From assembly GCA_043228905.1 (NCBI GenBank), contig JBHGNT010000021.1:1922001-1986000 (forward strand): a stretch of 64,000 nucleotides of DNA. Direction: 5' to 3'. The position numbers and the translations under genes were made by a program. Below the pieces are notes generated by a model. The model saw nothing but the letters and a program-made list of their open reading frames with translations, had not been told where the DNA came from and did no database searches. Positions 1 through 10,786 of this stretch are shown here, in pieces (the first letter of the stretch is position 1; each line of letters opens with the position of its first letter). This stretch comes from Azolla caroliniana (Eukaryota > Plantae > Polypodiophyta).

Positions 1-902
1 TTCCGAATGGTCACTTTGTTGACCGGCTGCAGGTCCTGAATGAAGCGCAATGATCCGTTTTTCTTTGGTACGGTAAACCATCGGTTTGAATACGGGGCGC
101 TCGATGGCTCGAGAATGCCCATATCAACTTTCTGCTTCAACAGCCCCATCAACTTCGGGATGTGAGCTCTCGGAACCGGAATTGGCTTGAGATTCCACGG
201 TACATGCGGTACTGTGAATATCACCATCGGTTCTACGATCGTCGGGTCTACGCACCCGATTTCCTCCGGTGAGAATGCGAAGGCTTTCCCGTGCCTTCCG
301 AGCATTCTCCGGAACCGGTCTTCCTCCGCCGGCAGTAGGAACCCGCCCCCACCGATCTTCAGCTCGCGGAGCGTCTCGTTGGTGAAGGTGTGTCCTATGC
401 TGGCCCGATCTCGTAAGCTGGGGTCCGATGCAACCCCTTTAATCCTGGATTCACTGCCCTCCGGTAAGGGCGCCGCAACTGGCCTCACCTTCCGGTCCAC
501 CGTCTTGTACTTGGTGCTAACTCGGGCCGTCCGTTCCGACTCGAGCCCTCGACCGAAGTCCGCGATGACTTCGTACATTTCTTCTGAACATACCGGTATC
601 GCCCGGTCCTCGATAAGGTCTTCTTCGACTACCCTCCCCAGCATTCCCAAGGTGTCGTCGAAGGAGACTGCCTCCACGGCTCCGTTGATTTCTTCGTCAG
701 GGCCGAGAACTCCGCACGCCCGAAGTCTCCCCTCCGTCTTTGTTTTCTCTCGGCCGGTGATGCCGACCATCGTACATGCTCCGCTGTTGGAGAAGCAAAA
801 TTTCCTACCTATTGTACACGGTTTTATCGTACAGATGTGGGGTTTTCCCGGAGCATCCGGACTGTCGCGGCCCCACGCCTTGGCAGTCCTCTCTAAAAAT
901 CC
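1..902 (-). CDS. Gypsy pol (linker + reverse transcriptase N-terminus), partial, in the -1 frame relative to gag-pro
   Basis: Manual translation of the minus strand from 902 to 1 shows no stop: GFLERTAKAWGRDS...TKYKTVDRKVRPVAAPLP...AFAFSPEEIGCVDPTIVEPMVIFTVPHVPWNLKPIPVP...PYSNRWFTVPKKNGSLRFIQDLQPVNKVTIR. It is missing from the ORF track because it runs off the window. Confidence 0.9.
859..902 (-). promoter_or_regulatory. Candidate programmed -1 ribosomal frameshift signal
   Basis: Heptamer G GAU UUU (902-896) directly before the UAG stop of gag-pro, a 6-nt spacer, then a stem GGACUG (889-884)/CAGUCC (864-859). The -1 frame is open into RT. Confidence 0.75.
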
Positions 903-3046
903 TCTCGGTTTTCGGAACCGAGGGAGTCGCGGTTACGTTCGTGGTTCGGCCGTACCGTCAGAAACTGGACCGAATGGCGCCCGTCTTGGCTTTTGACCCT
1001 CGCGTAGGCCGAACCGTTGTCCAGCACCTTGGTCTCCATCCGCGCCGCCGTGATGTACGGCTCTCCCAGTATGACCGGATGCGAAGATGTCTCCTGCACG
1101 AAGAAGTGCTGGTCAATCTCGACGTCGCCGATCTTGACTCGCACATTCGGACAGGCCCCGTGCAGCTCCTCGGTGGCGCGCGTTGCCGCCCTTATTTTCC
1201 ACCCGTGCTTGGTGTTGATCGGCCATTTGCCCTTCTTATAGAAGTCCATGGACATCAAGTTGATCTCCGATCCGTGGTCCACCAAAGCTATCACCGGTTC
1301 CTGGACATCGCCGATCTTCACCGGGGTTTCCGTGGTCGCTCGGGCCCAGTGTGGTCTCGAATAGTGGCTTTCCGCCCACTCGTCTCCCAGCGCCATGTCG
1401 TCTAGGTGCGTCGTCCGCACTTCCACTGGTCTTTCCGGTTCTGTCTCCGTTGACAGCCTCTTCCGTTTCACCAAGTCCACGATGGAGTCGTGGAACTCCT
1501 TCTTGGCGATTCCCAGCACCTCTCGTAACGACAGCTCCACCTTGCTGTCGAGGATCCGTTCCTCCAGGACCTTTCGTAAGTCCGTGGTCCTTTCTATCTC
1601 CGTCCCCAGACGGTACCCGCCCTTCTGGGGTTTATCTTTCGTACCGGCCCCGCCGGCTTCGTCCCGTCGTGGCCCGGACCGGGTCTCGTATCGTTGTGAG
1701 GGCCCGGTCGTCCCGGGTTTCCCCACCCGCTTCTCTTCTACCAGGGCCTCGTGGTTTTGGCAAGCGGCTTCCACGAAGCCCGTCTTTTCCTCGACAGGGT
1801 CGCTCCACCCGGTCATCTCCCGTACCCGTTTCTCCGCACGGTCCGATTCCTCCCTTTTAAGCCTTGCATCGGCAAGGCCTTCCAGCATCGTCGGCCAGAA
1901 TCCGGTTTTGCTTTCCCTTCGGGCCTCGTCGCCCCCGACTCGAATGCCGGCCGACGCCGAGTAGTGGACGGTTTCCGCGTGTCGGGCCGCCGCCTCTTCC
2001 ATCAACCTTTTCATACCACCTCGCCCGTCGTTTCGGCTCAGGGCCCTTCGGGTGTCGCTGGCATGCACCCGCCCTTCCCACAGGTACACCGCCCTGTCCC
2101 TTAGCGCCTCCGCGAAGTCGCCGCAGTCCTTCCGAATGTGGCCGACTTCATCGCACCACATGCACCTGTTTCCTGCCGCCGGCCGTCAGTCACGAGCCGG
2201 TTCGCCACCTTCCCTTCGGGCTTGCGCGATTTGGAGGTCCTTTACCGCCATCGTCAATTCCTCCAGCGCCGCTCCTCCGGTTGAGCCTCTGACTACGCCG
2301 GTCGAAGCCGAACCGGTTTCCAACCACTCTCGGGTCTCTTCCTTCCGCACCTGTGGCGCTGGTTCGAACTTCCTTGCTGCGACCGAGCCCGACCCGGTTA
2401 CCCCGTTATCCGCCCATTCTCGCCGTTTGTCGAAACGGCCACAGACCTTCTTGACAGCCGCCCAGTCGGTAGTGAGCCCGTCTTCGGTTTCCAGCAAGAG
2501 GCCCACTTGCTCCCGATCCCGCTCGTCGACGGACTTGACAAACAGCAAGACCCGGCTCGTGTCCAGGATGGTTCGGTCGAGCGCCGAAAGGCGCGCAAAG
2601 TTTTCCTCGAACTCCCGGAGGAGTGCCGACGCGTTTCTTCCCTTCCCCGGGGACTCCACCCATTCCATGAACCTTCGCTTCGAAAGCCGGAGCGCGTCGT
2701 CCAGCCCGTATTTCTCTAGGAGCCGGCCTTCGAACTCCTCCCAGGTACGGCTCTCCGCCCGCACCTCGAGCACCTCCGCATGGATGCTCGGCATTGCCAC
2801 TCGGGGAAATCCGGCAAGACGCCTTTCTTCCGGAATGTCCCGCATCAACATTTCTGCACCGTAGGACGCCAGATACCTCGTGGCATCCCTCCCATCGAAC
2901 CGGCCGATCGTGCCGACGACCGCCTCAATAGCTCTGTCGAGGGCACCGGTGCCCTCGCGCGCGTTTACAATCCGATCCACGGCCGAAGCCATGGCTTCTG
3001 CAAGATCCGACCCCCTCATCTTCTGCTCTTCTGCCGCCTCTTTCAC
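893..3046 (-). CDS. Gypsy gag (capsid + zinc knuckle)-protease ORF with one in-frame TGA at 2188-2186
   Basis: Track ORFs 2186-3046 and 893-2161 are in the same frame, joined by TGA-CGG CCG GCG GCA GGA AAC AGG TGC, which completes C-X2-C-X4-H-X4-C. First ATG is at 3019. Confidence 0.88.
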
Positions 3047-3059
3047 GTCGGGTTCACCA
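3042..3059 (-). promoter_or_regulatory. Primer-binding site complementary to the 3' end of tRNA-Trp
   Basis: Minus strand TGGTGAACCCGACGTGAA, 4 nt after the LTR end. The plus strand TTCACGTCGGGTTCACCA matches the 3' end + CCA of plant cytosolic tRNA-Trp as recalled. Confidence 0.8.
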
Positions 3060-3063
3060 AAGA

Positions 3064-3880
3064 TGTCGAGAGATTACGCAAGTGCGTGTGGAATCGAGAC
3101 GGGACCGCGGGGGTCTCGAACCAAAGAGCAAGCGAGGGAGGAGAAAGAGAGAGAACCGGCTACGCAGGACCGGGGATACACAGGGACACGGCCCTTCAGC
3201 ACGGAGAACGCGAACAGACACCGACACAGACAGATGTGAATGACTTAATATGTATATTAAGAAAATAGCTAACACTACTACAACCCTCGATGGGGCACAG
3301 GTTGGTTACAACCGAACAGGCCGGCGAACAGATGCCGATGCCTGCTCGCTTCGACGCACAAAACAGGGCAAAGGGGGGGGGGGGTAGCAGGTTGGAGGTG
3401 CTGCCGGAAGCACTCGGGCGTTCCTCGAAACAGCGCGAGCCTCCTCGGAACCCTGCACAGAAAGCTATGGAGCTCAAGAAGGAAGGAAACAGACAGAGAG
3501 AGAGAAGCGTCCAGAAACGGTCCGACAGCACTTCGTCCTCTCCGCGCGATCCCCTCTTTTTACAGCTCTTTCCTGTTCCTTATATATCTCGACGAGCAGG
3601 CCGTCATGTCAGCTTTATCCCCTGTCCCTTTCGAACAGGGATCCGCTCCGTTCTTCACGCATACGCGTAGTTACGCCGCCAACTCGTGCCGTCCCTTAGC
3701 TCGCGCGCGCGACCGAAAAGACTGTTCGCGCGGTCTTTGTCTCCACTCGTGTTAGGGCCTGTTCCCGCCGAATATCCTCCTAACTCGCTTCTATGTTCGA
3801 CTTGGAGCGTGCGCGCGTGAGGAACCGGTTCCCACGCCTCGGTCTGCCGATTCCGCTTATGGACGGTTTTCTTCACGACA
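3064..3880 (-). repeat. 5' LTR of the Gypsy element (817 bp)
   Basis: TGTCG...CGACA inverted termini, adjacent PBS, TATA-like TATATAAG on the minus strand near 3580, and a sharp GC drop at 3881. Confidence 0.85.
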
Positions 3881-4063
3881 ACGCTTTATTCCACACTTTT
3901 TGAGGGATCTTAAAGTACCTATTAAACACTCTACCTTGTACTTAATTATATTTCAAGATTTACATTCTTTGTACATTAGGTTGAGTTCCTGTGCATACAT
4001 GCACACCCTTGTTCTCACTCAGCCAGCGACTTTTCCCCTTTGTGGCCAGAATCCTCCATGACA
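3881..4063. mobile_element. Fragment of another LTR, interrupted by the Gypsy and itself interrupting the Copia-A RT
   Basis: Non-coding segment ending in ...CATGACA (TG...CA-type terminus) exactly where the Copia RT motif HQMDVKNA breaks off. Confidence 0.65.
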
Positions 4064-4691
4064 ATGCATTTTTCACGTCCATTTGGTGGAGGTGCCATCC
4101 TTTTGCCACCGCGAGTGCTAGGACCGTCCGAATCGTGGTCATCTTTCCCATCGGGGCAAAGGTTCTTCATAGTCGATGACGTGGGTTTGAGCATACCCCT
4201 TAGCGACAAGCCGAGCTTTGTATCAGTTTATGGAGCCGTCGTCATTGTGCTTGATCTTGTATATCCCTTCTTGTGTGGTGGAGGTGTTACAAGATCCCAA
4301 GTCTCGTTGTCGACCAATGCTTGCATTTTTGTGTCCATGGCGTCAATCCATCGAGGGTCACGAGCCACTTCTAAAAAGCTTTCAGGCTCTTGTTCGGTTG
4401 CCACCTTCATCATGAAGGCATAGTGGTGTGCCATATACTCATTGTAGCCAAATTGAGTAACCAGATTCTTCTCTCGGGACGAGCGTTAGAGTTTTTCATT
4501 CGTAGATGCCAGCGCCTTCTTTACGTCGGCGGTTCACATAATGGGCATTCCGAACTCATTGTCTAACGAGCGAGTCAACTCATCTAAATCACTTTTATCA
4601 AGGCAGTTGACTTCATATTCAGGAATCTTACTTTTACCCTTGTCTGATCCGACCCCTGGTCGAGATATGCTTTCGGTGCTCGGAGGCTCCT
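4064..4691 (-). pseudogene. Copia-A integrase-RT linker and RT N-terminus, frameshifted
   Basis: EPESFLEVARDPRWIDAMDTKMQALVDNETWDLV and [27 protein letters not shown]. Confidence 0.88.
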
Positions 4692-4788
4692 TGTTGAAAA
4701 CTGAGACCTTCAGTGTGGAGCATGAAGAGCACCTTGACATGAAGATCACAAGTGTACAAGATGGAGGCAATATACAAAACAGAAACTA

Positions 4789-4839
<51 letters not shown>

Positions 4840-5017
4840 GCACACAAGATGTAACGGTATTATTTAAGATGAATAACCACAACAAACTAGGTTACAAAGC
4901 CCCTTATATACTAACTGGGCTAGGGCAACTACCCTTTGACCTATTTACAAAATTGTCCTAAATCTAGTTTGTCCAAGAGAGAATGTGAATATGGCCATTA
5001 TAGACCAATATTTGACA
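4692..5017 (-). repeat. Copia-B 3' LTR
   Basis: TGTTG...TGACA; aligns with 7974-8281 (about 17 substitutions by eye, mostly transitions, plus small indels and a (GA)n length change). Confidence 0.92.
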
Positions 5018-5229
5018 CTCCCCCGTAATGGGTGTATACAATGAAAATATGTAATATAGAAAGCAAATGGACAATACAGATTTGTACAAGGTCGTTGAAC
5101 AAATCAGATTTGTGTTCGACTTCGGTAAACTTTGAAAAACAAAAGACCGAATTGGTCGGGGTCGAAGAAACTGAGATTGAACCTCGAACTGTCGATGAGG
5201 ATTGTTTGAAACCATCCTGAGTGTCTGAT

Positions 5230-7378
5230 TCAATCGGACTGATTCTTCATTACGCCCATCTGGTGCTGAAGGGATCTGAATCGATCTGCCGAAAGACACT
5301 TGGTCATCCCATCTGCGACATTATCGACTGTAGGTATCTTCTCGAGGCCGATTTTTATTGAAATGACGCAATCCCGAACAAAGTGATATCTCACGTCGAT
5401 GTGCTTCGAGGTGTTGTGTTGAACTGGTTTTGTCGACAGAGTGACAACACCTTGACTGTCGTTGTAGATAATTGGAGTCGAGCCGGATTCGGCTTGTTGA
5501 AATGTGCAAGCCAACCGACTAAGCCATAAGGCCTCTTTCACCGCGTAGGACACAACTACATATTCAGCCTCGGTCGTTGATGTGGCAGTGCACTCCTAAA
5601 GTTTCAATTTCCATAAAATCGCTCCATTGTCGAATTGGAAATAGTATCTGGTTGTCGATTTTCGACTGTCCACATAGCCGGCAAACTCTGAATCAGTGTA
5701 TCTGACTGCGCCTAAGTGTCATTCAGGCCGAATAGGATGCCATAACCTTTTGTGCTCACTAGATATATGAACACATGCTTTATTGCGTTCCAATGCGATC
5801 GGTCGGGATTGTGCATGAACAATGTAAGGCCGTGTCACAACCATCGCGTACATCAAGGAGCCGACTCCCAGTGCATATAATACCAACATCATATCTTCCC
5901 CCTCTGGACCAAATATCGGGTAGTCTCGCTGAGATAGCAGAAGGTGAATGGGGAACGTGATCGAAGCAAATTTAGCCGATTGCATGTTGTAGCATTCTAA
6001 GATAGGTCTAATATAGTCGGTTTGAGACAGAAACAACCGTCATCGATTCTGATTCCGACTTATCTTCATCCTGAGAATGTGCTTTGCCGGACCAAGATCC
6101 TGCATGGCAAACTTCAACCGCAGTTGCTGAACAAGTTTGGTGAGATCTCTGGCATGTCGATCGGAGAGTAACATGTCGTCCACGTAGATGATGAGGAAGA
6201 TGGGAGATCCATCTTGAGTTGTTTTGGTGAAGAGGCAGTGGTCCTCATCGCTCTTTGAGAAGCCAGCCGATTGGATGAAGTCGTTGAACTTCTTATACCA
6301 TTGTCTTGGTGCCTGTTTCAGGCCATATAGACTCTTCCTAAGTCGGCAGACTAGATGTTCCTGGCCGGATGCCACAAAGCCTTTCGGTTGCTCCATATAA
6401 ATTTCCTCCTCTAAGTCACCATGGAGGAATGCCATTTTTGTTAAGAATCGCGACCAGTTGACACTTTCGTATTTAGGTGCAAAGACCGAGATGAATATGT
6501 ACAGACAAAAAAACAGCAAAAATAAAACGAGAAACAAAGACACAAGATATTTACGTGGAAAACCCGAAAAGGGAAAAAACCACATGGAGTTCACAAACTC
6601 CAGAACAAAATCACTATGATGAGGGGGAGTACAATAAGATACTCGGAGGCAACGACCTCGAGATCTTCTTCGTCTGACAGACGACTACAGAGTTACACTC
6701 TAACTCTAACTCTCACTCTTTACCTCACTTACACAGTTGCAGAGGCAACTACCTTCTCTGACTATACAACGATGATCAACCACTTTCTCTCTCTCTCTCT
6801 CTCATAAAGTTTGCCCTAGTTGTTTATATACTAAAACAACTTTCAAGTTATTTACAAATACAACCCACAAGCGGCACATGTAGACTATTTACAATTATAG
6901 CCCCTTGAATCGGTCACAAAATGGATTTTCGATTTCGGTTTCGGCCTCGGCCAAGTTTACTCATGAACGGCACATCCCATCCAGAGGGACCTGGTTTTCC
7001 CAACAATTTTCACATCTAGCTGAAATCCTTAGTTAACACTATGTCAAGCATAAATCGAAGAGTCGTCATTTTCACCACTGGTGAGAAGATCTCGTCGAAA
7101 TTGACATTATATTCTTGTCGAAAACCCTTTGCTACTAGTCTAGCCTTGAATTTTGGGGTGGCCGAATTGGATGTTGCTTTTAATTTGTAGACCCGCTTGC
7201 ATGGAAGAGCACGCCCATTCTTCGGTAATTCGACCAAGTCCCAAGTCTTGTTTGCCCAAATGAAGTTCATTTCCGACTCCATCGCAAGATGCCATATGGC
7301 CGAATTGGCAGATGCGGATATTGAGGCCATCGGTGTCGGCTTATTAGACTCTATTCTACAAATGGTGGTGGGATGCAA
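5230..7378 (-). pseudogene. Copia-B reverse transcriptase and RNase H, disrupted
   Basis: FKARLVAKGF, FSPVVKMTTLR, QLDVK|MAFLHGDLEEEIYMEQP, LRKSLYGLKQAPRQWY, IYVDDMLL; RNase H SKHIDVRYHFVRD and NVADGMTK. Confidence 0.92.
6439..7005. mobile_element. Solo LTR (567 bp) inserted in the Copia-B RT
   Basis: TGTT...AACA termini with a perfect 5-bp TSD ATTTT (6434-6438, 7006-7010). Removing it restores QLDVKMAFLHG. Confidence 0.92.
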
Positions 7379-7973
7379 CCGACCGGCTCACCGGATATTG
7401 CTCTAGTCGGATTCGAACACGAGTCAAATCGATTTCGACTTATTGGCGAATTCTGTCCGAAGTGGTTACAGTCAATTGACTTAGCCAAATTGGACAAGAA
7501 TGTGCCGATTAGCCGATCGGATTTCGAATGTCCAATTCAAGAAAATACCAATCATAAATTATATGCCAATTATTGAGGCCAATCCTGCTTCGACGATGAG
7601 AGGGAAAGAGCCGACTGGTCCTCCCAAATGTTTCCTTGTTGAATGAAGCGCGGATAGGGGTTGTTCCTAGGACACGATCTTCTTTGAGTGATTACGACAA
7701 GCAAGTAGATTGTGTCTAACTTGGTAAAGCACGATCTTAAAGGCCGATTTGATGGAGATTCCAATCCTAATGACTCAAATCAGAAAGGCAAGGTACGACC
7801 AACTAGCTTACCTTAAGAGTGATCTAGCGAAGCAGAGTGTGAATCTTCAGTTTTTTTTCTCTTCTCTAGATGAGACTTTGAACTCAGGTTCTTCAAGGGA
7901 AACGAGGCAAGAATTTTGTTGAAGACTGATGACGGCTAGCAGCGAGTTGAAGAACCTCTGCTCTAATACCAGA

Positions 7974-8281
7974 TGTTGAGAACTGAGACCATCAATGCGG
8001 AGCATCAAGAGTACCTTGACATGAAGATCACTAAGTGTACAAGATGGAGGCAATATACAGAATAAAAACTGAGATGGAGAGAGAGAGAGAGAGAGAGAGA
8101 AAGAGGCACACAAGATGTAACGGTATTATTTAAGATGAACCACAACAAACTAGGTTACAAAAGCCCCTTATATACTAACTAGGCTAGGGCAACTACCCTT
8201 TGACCTATTTATAGAATTGTCCTAAATCTAGTTTGTCCAAGGGAGAATGTGAATATGGCCATTATAGACCAGTATTCAAAA
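7974..8281 (-). repeat. Copia-B 5' LTR
   Basis: Direct repeat of 4692-5017, adjacent to the PBS. Confidence 0.92.
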
Positions 8282-10651
8282 CTCTTGTGGTCCGCTCATC
8301 AAGGTTGAGCTTGGACTTTCTCATGGTACAAGTTGTGGCCGAATGTCGTCATCCGAGTTGACATCCAACTCTTCCTCAATCGGTTCGGATGGAGCTGAAT
8401 CGGGCTCATACCATGATGCCGATTCATCAAAGATAACATCCCGACTTACCCGAATCACACAGGTATAAGGGTTGAAGCACGTGTATCCCTTTTGTTCGGA
8501 TGAATATCCCATGAGAATGCGTTTTCCGACTTCAAGTCGAGCTTCTGTCATTTTTCGTTCAGGGTGTGGACATAAGCAATACTTTCAAACACTCGTAGAT
8601 GCAACAAAGTCGGCTTCTTTCTAGCATATACCTCGTGTGGAGTTAGTTCATGTGCTCCAATAGTTGTGCATCGATCCATAATGTGAATTATGGATGATGC
8701 TTCAGCCCAATAGTATTTTGGCATGTGCTTCTCATGCAACATGGTGCATGCAACCTCGAGTATGTGTCGATTCTTTCTTTCAGCTACACCATTTTGTTGG
8801 GGTGTGTCAGCATGAAAATTCTCTCTGTATGCCTCACCTTGGAGATAGGAGATGAATTCATTGGAGAAGTACTCCTTCCCTCCATCTGATCATAGGTAAC
8901 GAATATGTCAACCCGTTTCCTTTTTTACTTCATTCTTGAGCCTTTGGAAGTGGGAGAGCACTTCACTCTTTTTCTTCATCAGGAAGATCCAAGTGTATTG
9001 AGAGTAATCGTCGATGAAGGTGACGTAATATCGGCATCGGATTCTGCCAATCGTCGGCGTTTGAGCAGGCCCCCATACATCCAAGTGGACTACGTCAAGG
9101 AGGCCCTTGCTTATGTAGCTCTCCTTTGGGAATGGGAGTCGATGTTGTTTGCCTAATTGACATGCTCCACACACTTGGTCGACTCGTTTCGACTCAAAAA
9201 TCGGAAGTCCGATGACAACTCCCTTGGATTGGATCGCTCGATGCCATTGGAGGTTGATGTGGCCAATTCTCTTATGCCACAACTCGATATTCATCTCAAC
9301 CTTGTGACCTTTGGCATACATGGCTAATTTCACATCTTCGGGTTGAGAATGAACATTTGACCTTCTCTCCTTCCTCTAGTGATGAGTCGGCCATTCGTTT
9401 CTATAAAGTAGCCCCTGTTGTTGAAACCAAACTCCATGCCTTGCTCCACGATTTGGCCAACTAAGACCAAATTCTTTGTTATTGTTGGAACGTGCAAGAC
9501 ATTCTTGATACAATTGTTGTTGCCCTTGCCGAGAGGAACATTGCCAATATGCCGAATGGTGTGTGTGGTGTCGTCTCTCGTCTCCACGTAGCCAAGTCGA
9601 TTAGGCGTACGTAAGTCACTGAACCACTTTGCATTGGACGCCATGTGATTTGAGGCACCTGAGTCGATGAACCATACTTCTTCTGATGTAGATGTGTTGG
9701 TTGAACCGGATGCCGACATGGTGTTCACTTTGTGCCTCATGACGAACATGCCTCCGTAGTCTTCGGGTGACTTCCCGAGTTGTGGAAGTTACTCGCTTCT
9801 TTTCTTTCAACACTCCTCTTCGAGTTGGCCGATCTTACCACAATAGTTGCAAGTAACGGGCCTAATTTGCCGATCGTGTTTGGCATGAAGGCTCCCCCTT
9901 CTTCCGAAGGTTCCTGGAGTATTTTCGTTTGCTTGCCGAAGGGTTGAGTTACTTTCGTGATTCCAGCTGACTCGTCCTCCTCTGCCTTGGCCGAAACGAC
10001 CTCTTTCGCCTCGACCACGTCCTCGACCACCTTCCGAGTTCGAGAAGAACATCTGTCCTTCAGACATTTGCTCTTTTCTCTAACATGATTATCTTCGACC
10101 AATAACATGGATTGAAGGTCGAAGAACGAAGGAGGGTTCTCCCTCGCTAAGATTTTCGGCCTTATTAGGTCGAATTGTTGTGCGAGGCCACCCAAGCACA
10201 CTTGCACCATCTCGTCCTCTTTAGTGTTTATGTTGATGGAGCTAAGTGAATCACAGATGCTCTTAATCTTGCATGTGTAGTCCGACACAGACATGTCTTT
10301 TTGTCAAATGTTGTTCAACTCTTGCCAAAGTTGAAGCTTGCGGGTGGTCGTGTTGGCGACAAATATTTTCTTCAAGTTTTCGCACGCTTCTTTAGGCGTC
10401 TTGGTGTCTCAAACGTGATAGAGAATGTGATCGTGGACACACGTTGCTAAACAATACATTACTCAAATCACTCCTTGCTCCCATGTTGGGTAGTTGGCGT
10501 TTGTAATGTCTAGTTTGTTTTCGAGGGCACAGTTGATGTAGTTCCAATATCCTTGGCTGACTAGGTATTGGTTCATCTTGTACTCCCAAGATGAAAAATT
10601 GCTCCGGTCTAGCTTTTCACTAGGGAGCGAGCTACCCATTTGTGTGTTCAT
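8282..10651 (-). pseudogene. Copia-A gag-protease-integrase, frameshifted
   Basis: Consecutive minus-strand track ORFs from 10463-10651 down to 8321-8551 carry gag, PR and IN motifs in Copia order. Confidence 0.92.
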
Positions 10652-10774
10652 GTTGATATTGTGTCTTCTCTTTCGAGTTTTTCTTCTTCGATCACGTACA
10701 CTTGCTAGGTAGTGACACTACGGTCGCGAATAGCCTATAAATCGGGTGGGCTTAATGGATATGCTAAACCACAC

Positions 10775-10786
10775 GCTCTGATACCA
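10775..10786 (-). promoter_or_regulatory. tRNA-iMet primer-binding site of Copia-A
   Basis: TGGTATCAGAGC on the minus strand, abutting the LTR. Confidence 0.92.

Larger units (their letters stand above)
1..3880 (-). mobile_element. Ty3/Gypsy LTR retrotransposon, 5' part (LTR, PBS, gag, protease, start of RT); continues past the left window edge
   Basis: LTR 3064-3880 with TGTCG...CGACA termini. PBS at 3042-3059. CCHC knuckle CMWCDEVGHIRKDC, aspartic protease ALVDHGSEINL, RT N-terminus GILEPSSAPYSNRWFTVPKKNGSLRFIQDLQPVNKVTIR. PR-then-RT order fits Gypsy. Much more GC/CpG-rich than the flanks. Confidence 0.95.
4692..8281 (-). mobile_element. Copia-B: two-LTR Ty1/Copia element carrying only RT-RNase H, nested in Copia-A
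   Basis: Direct-repeat LTRs 4692-5017 and 7974-8281, TSD CTCCT (4687-4691)/CTCTT (8282-8286), iMet PBS with one mismatch at 7960-7971, polypurine tract at 5018-5024. Confidence 0.92.

Noticed and set aside
187-3670. Long plus-strand ORFs (e.g. 187-996, 2052-2864) over the Gypsy element
   Set aside because: They are antisense shadows of a GC-rich coding strand and show no recognisable motifs.
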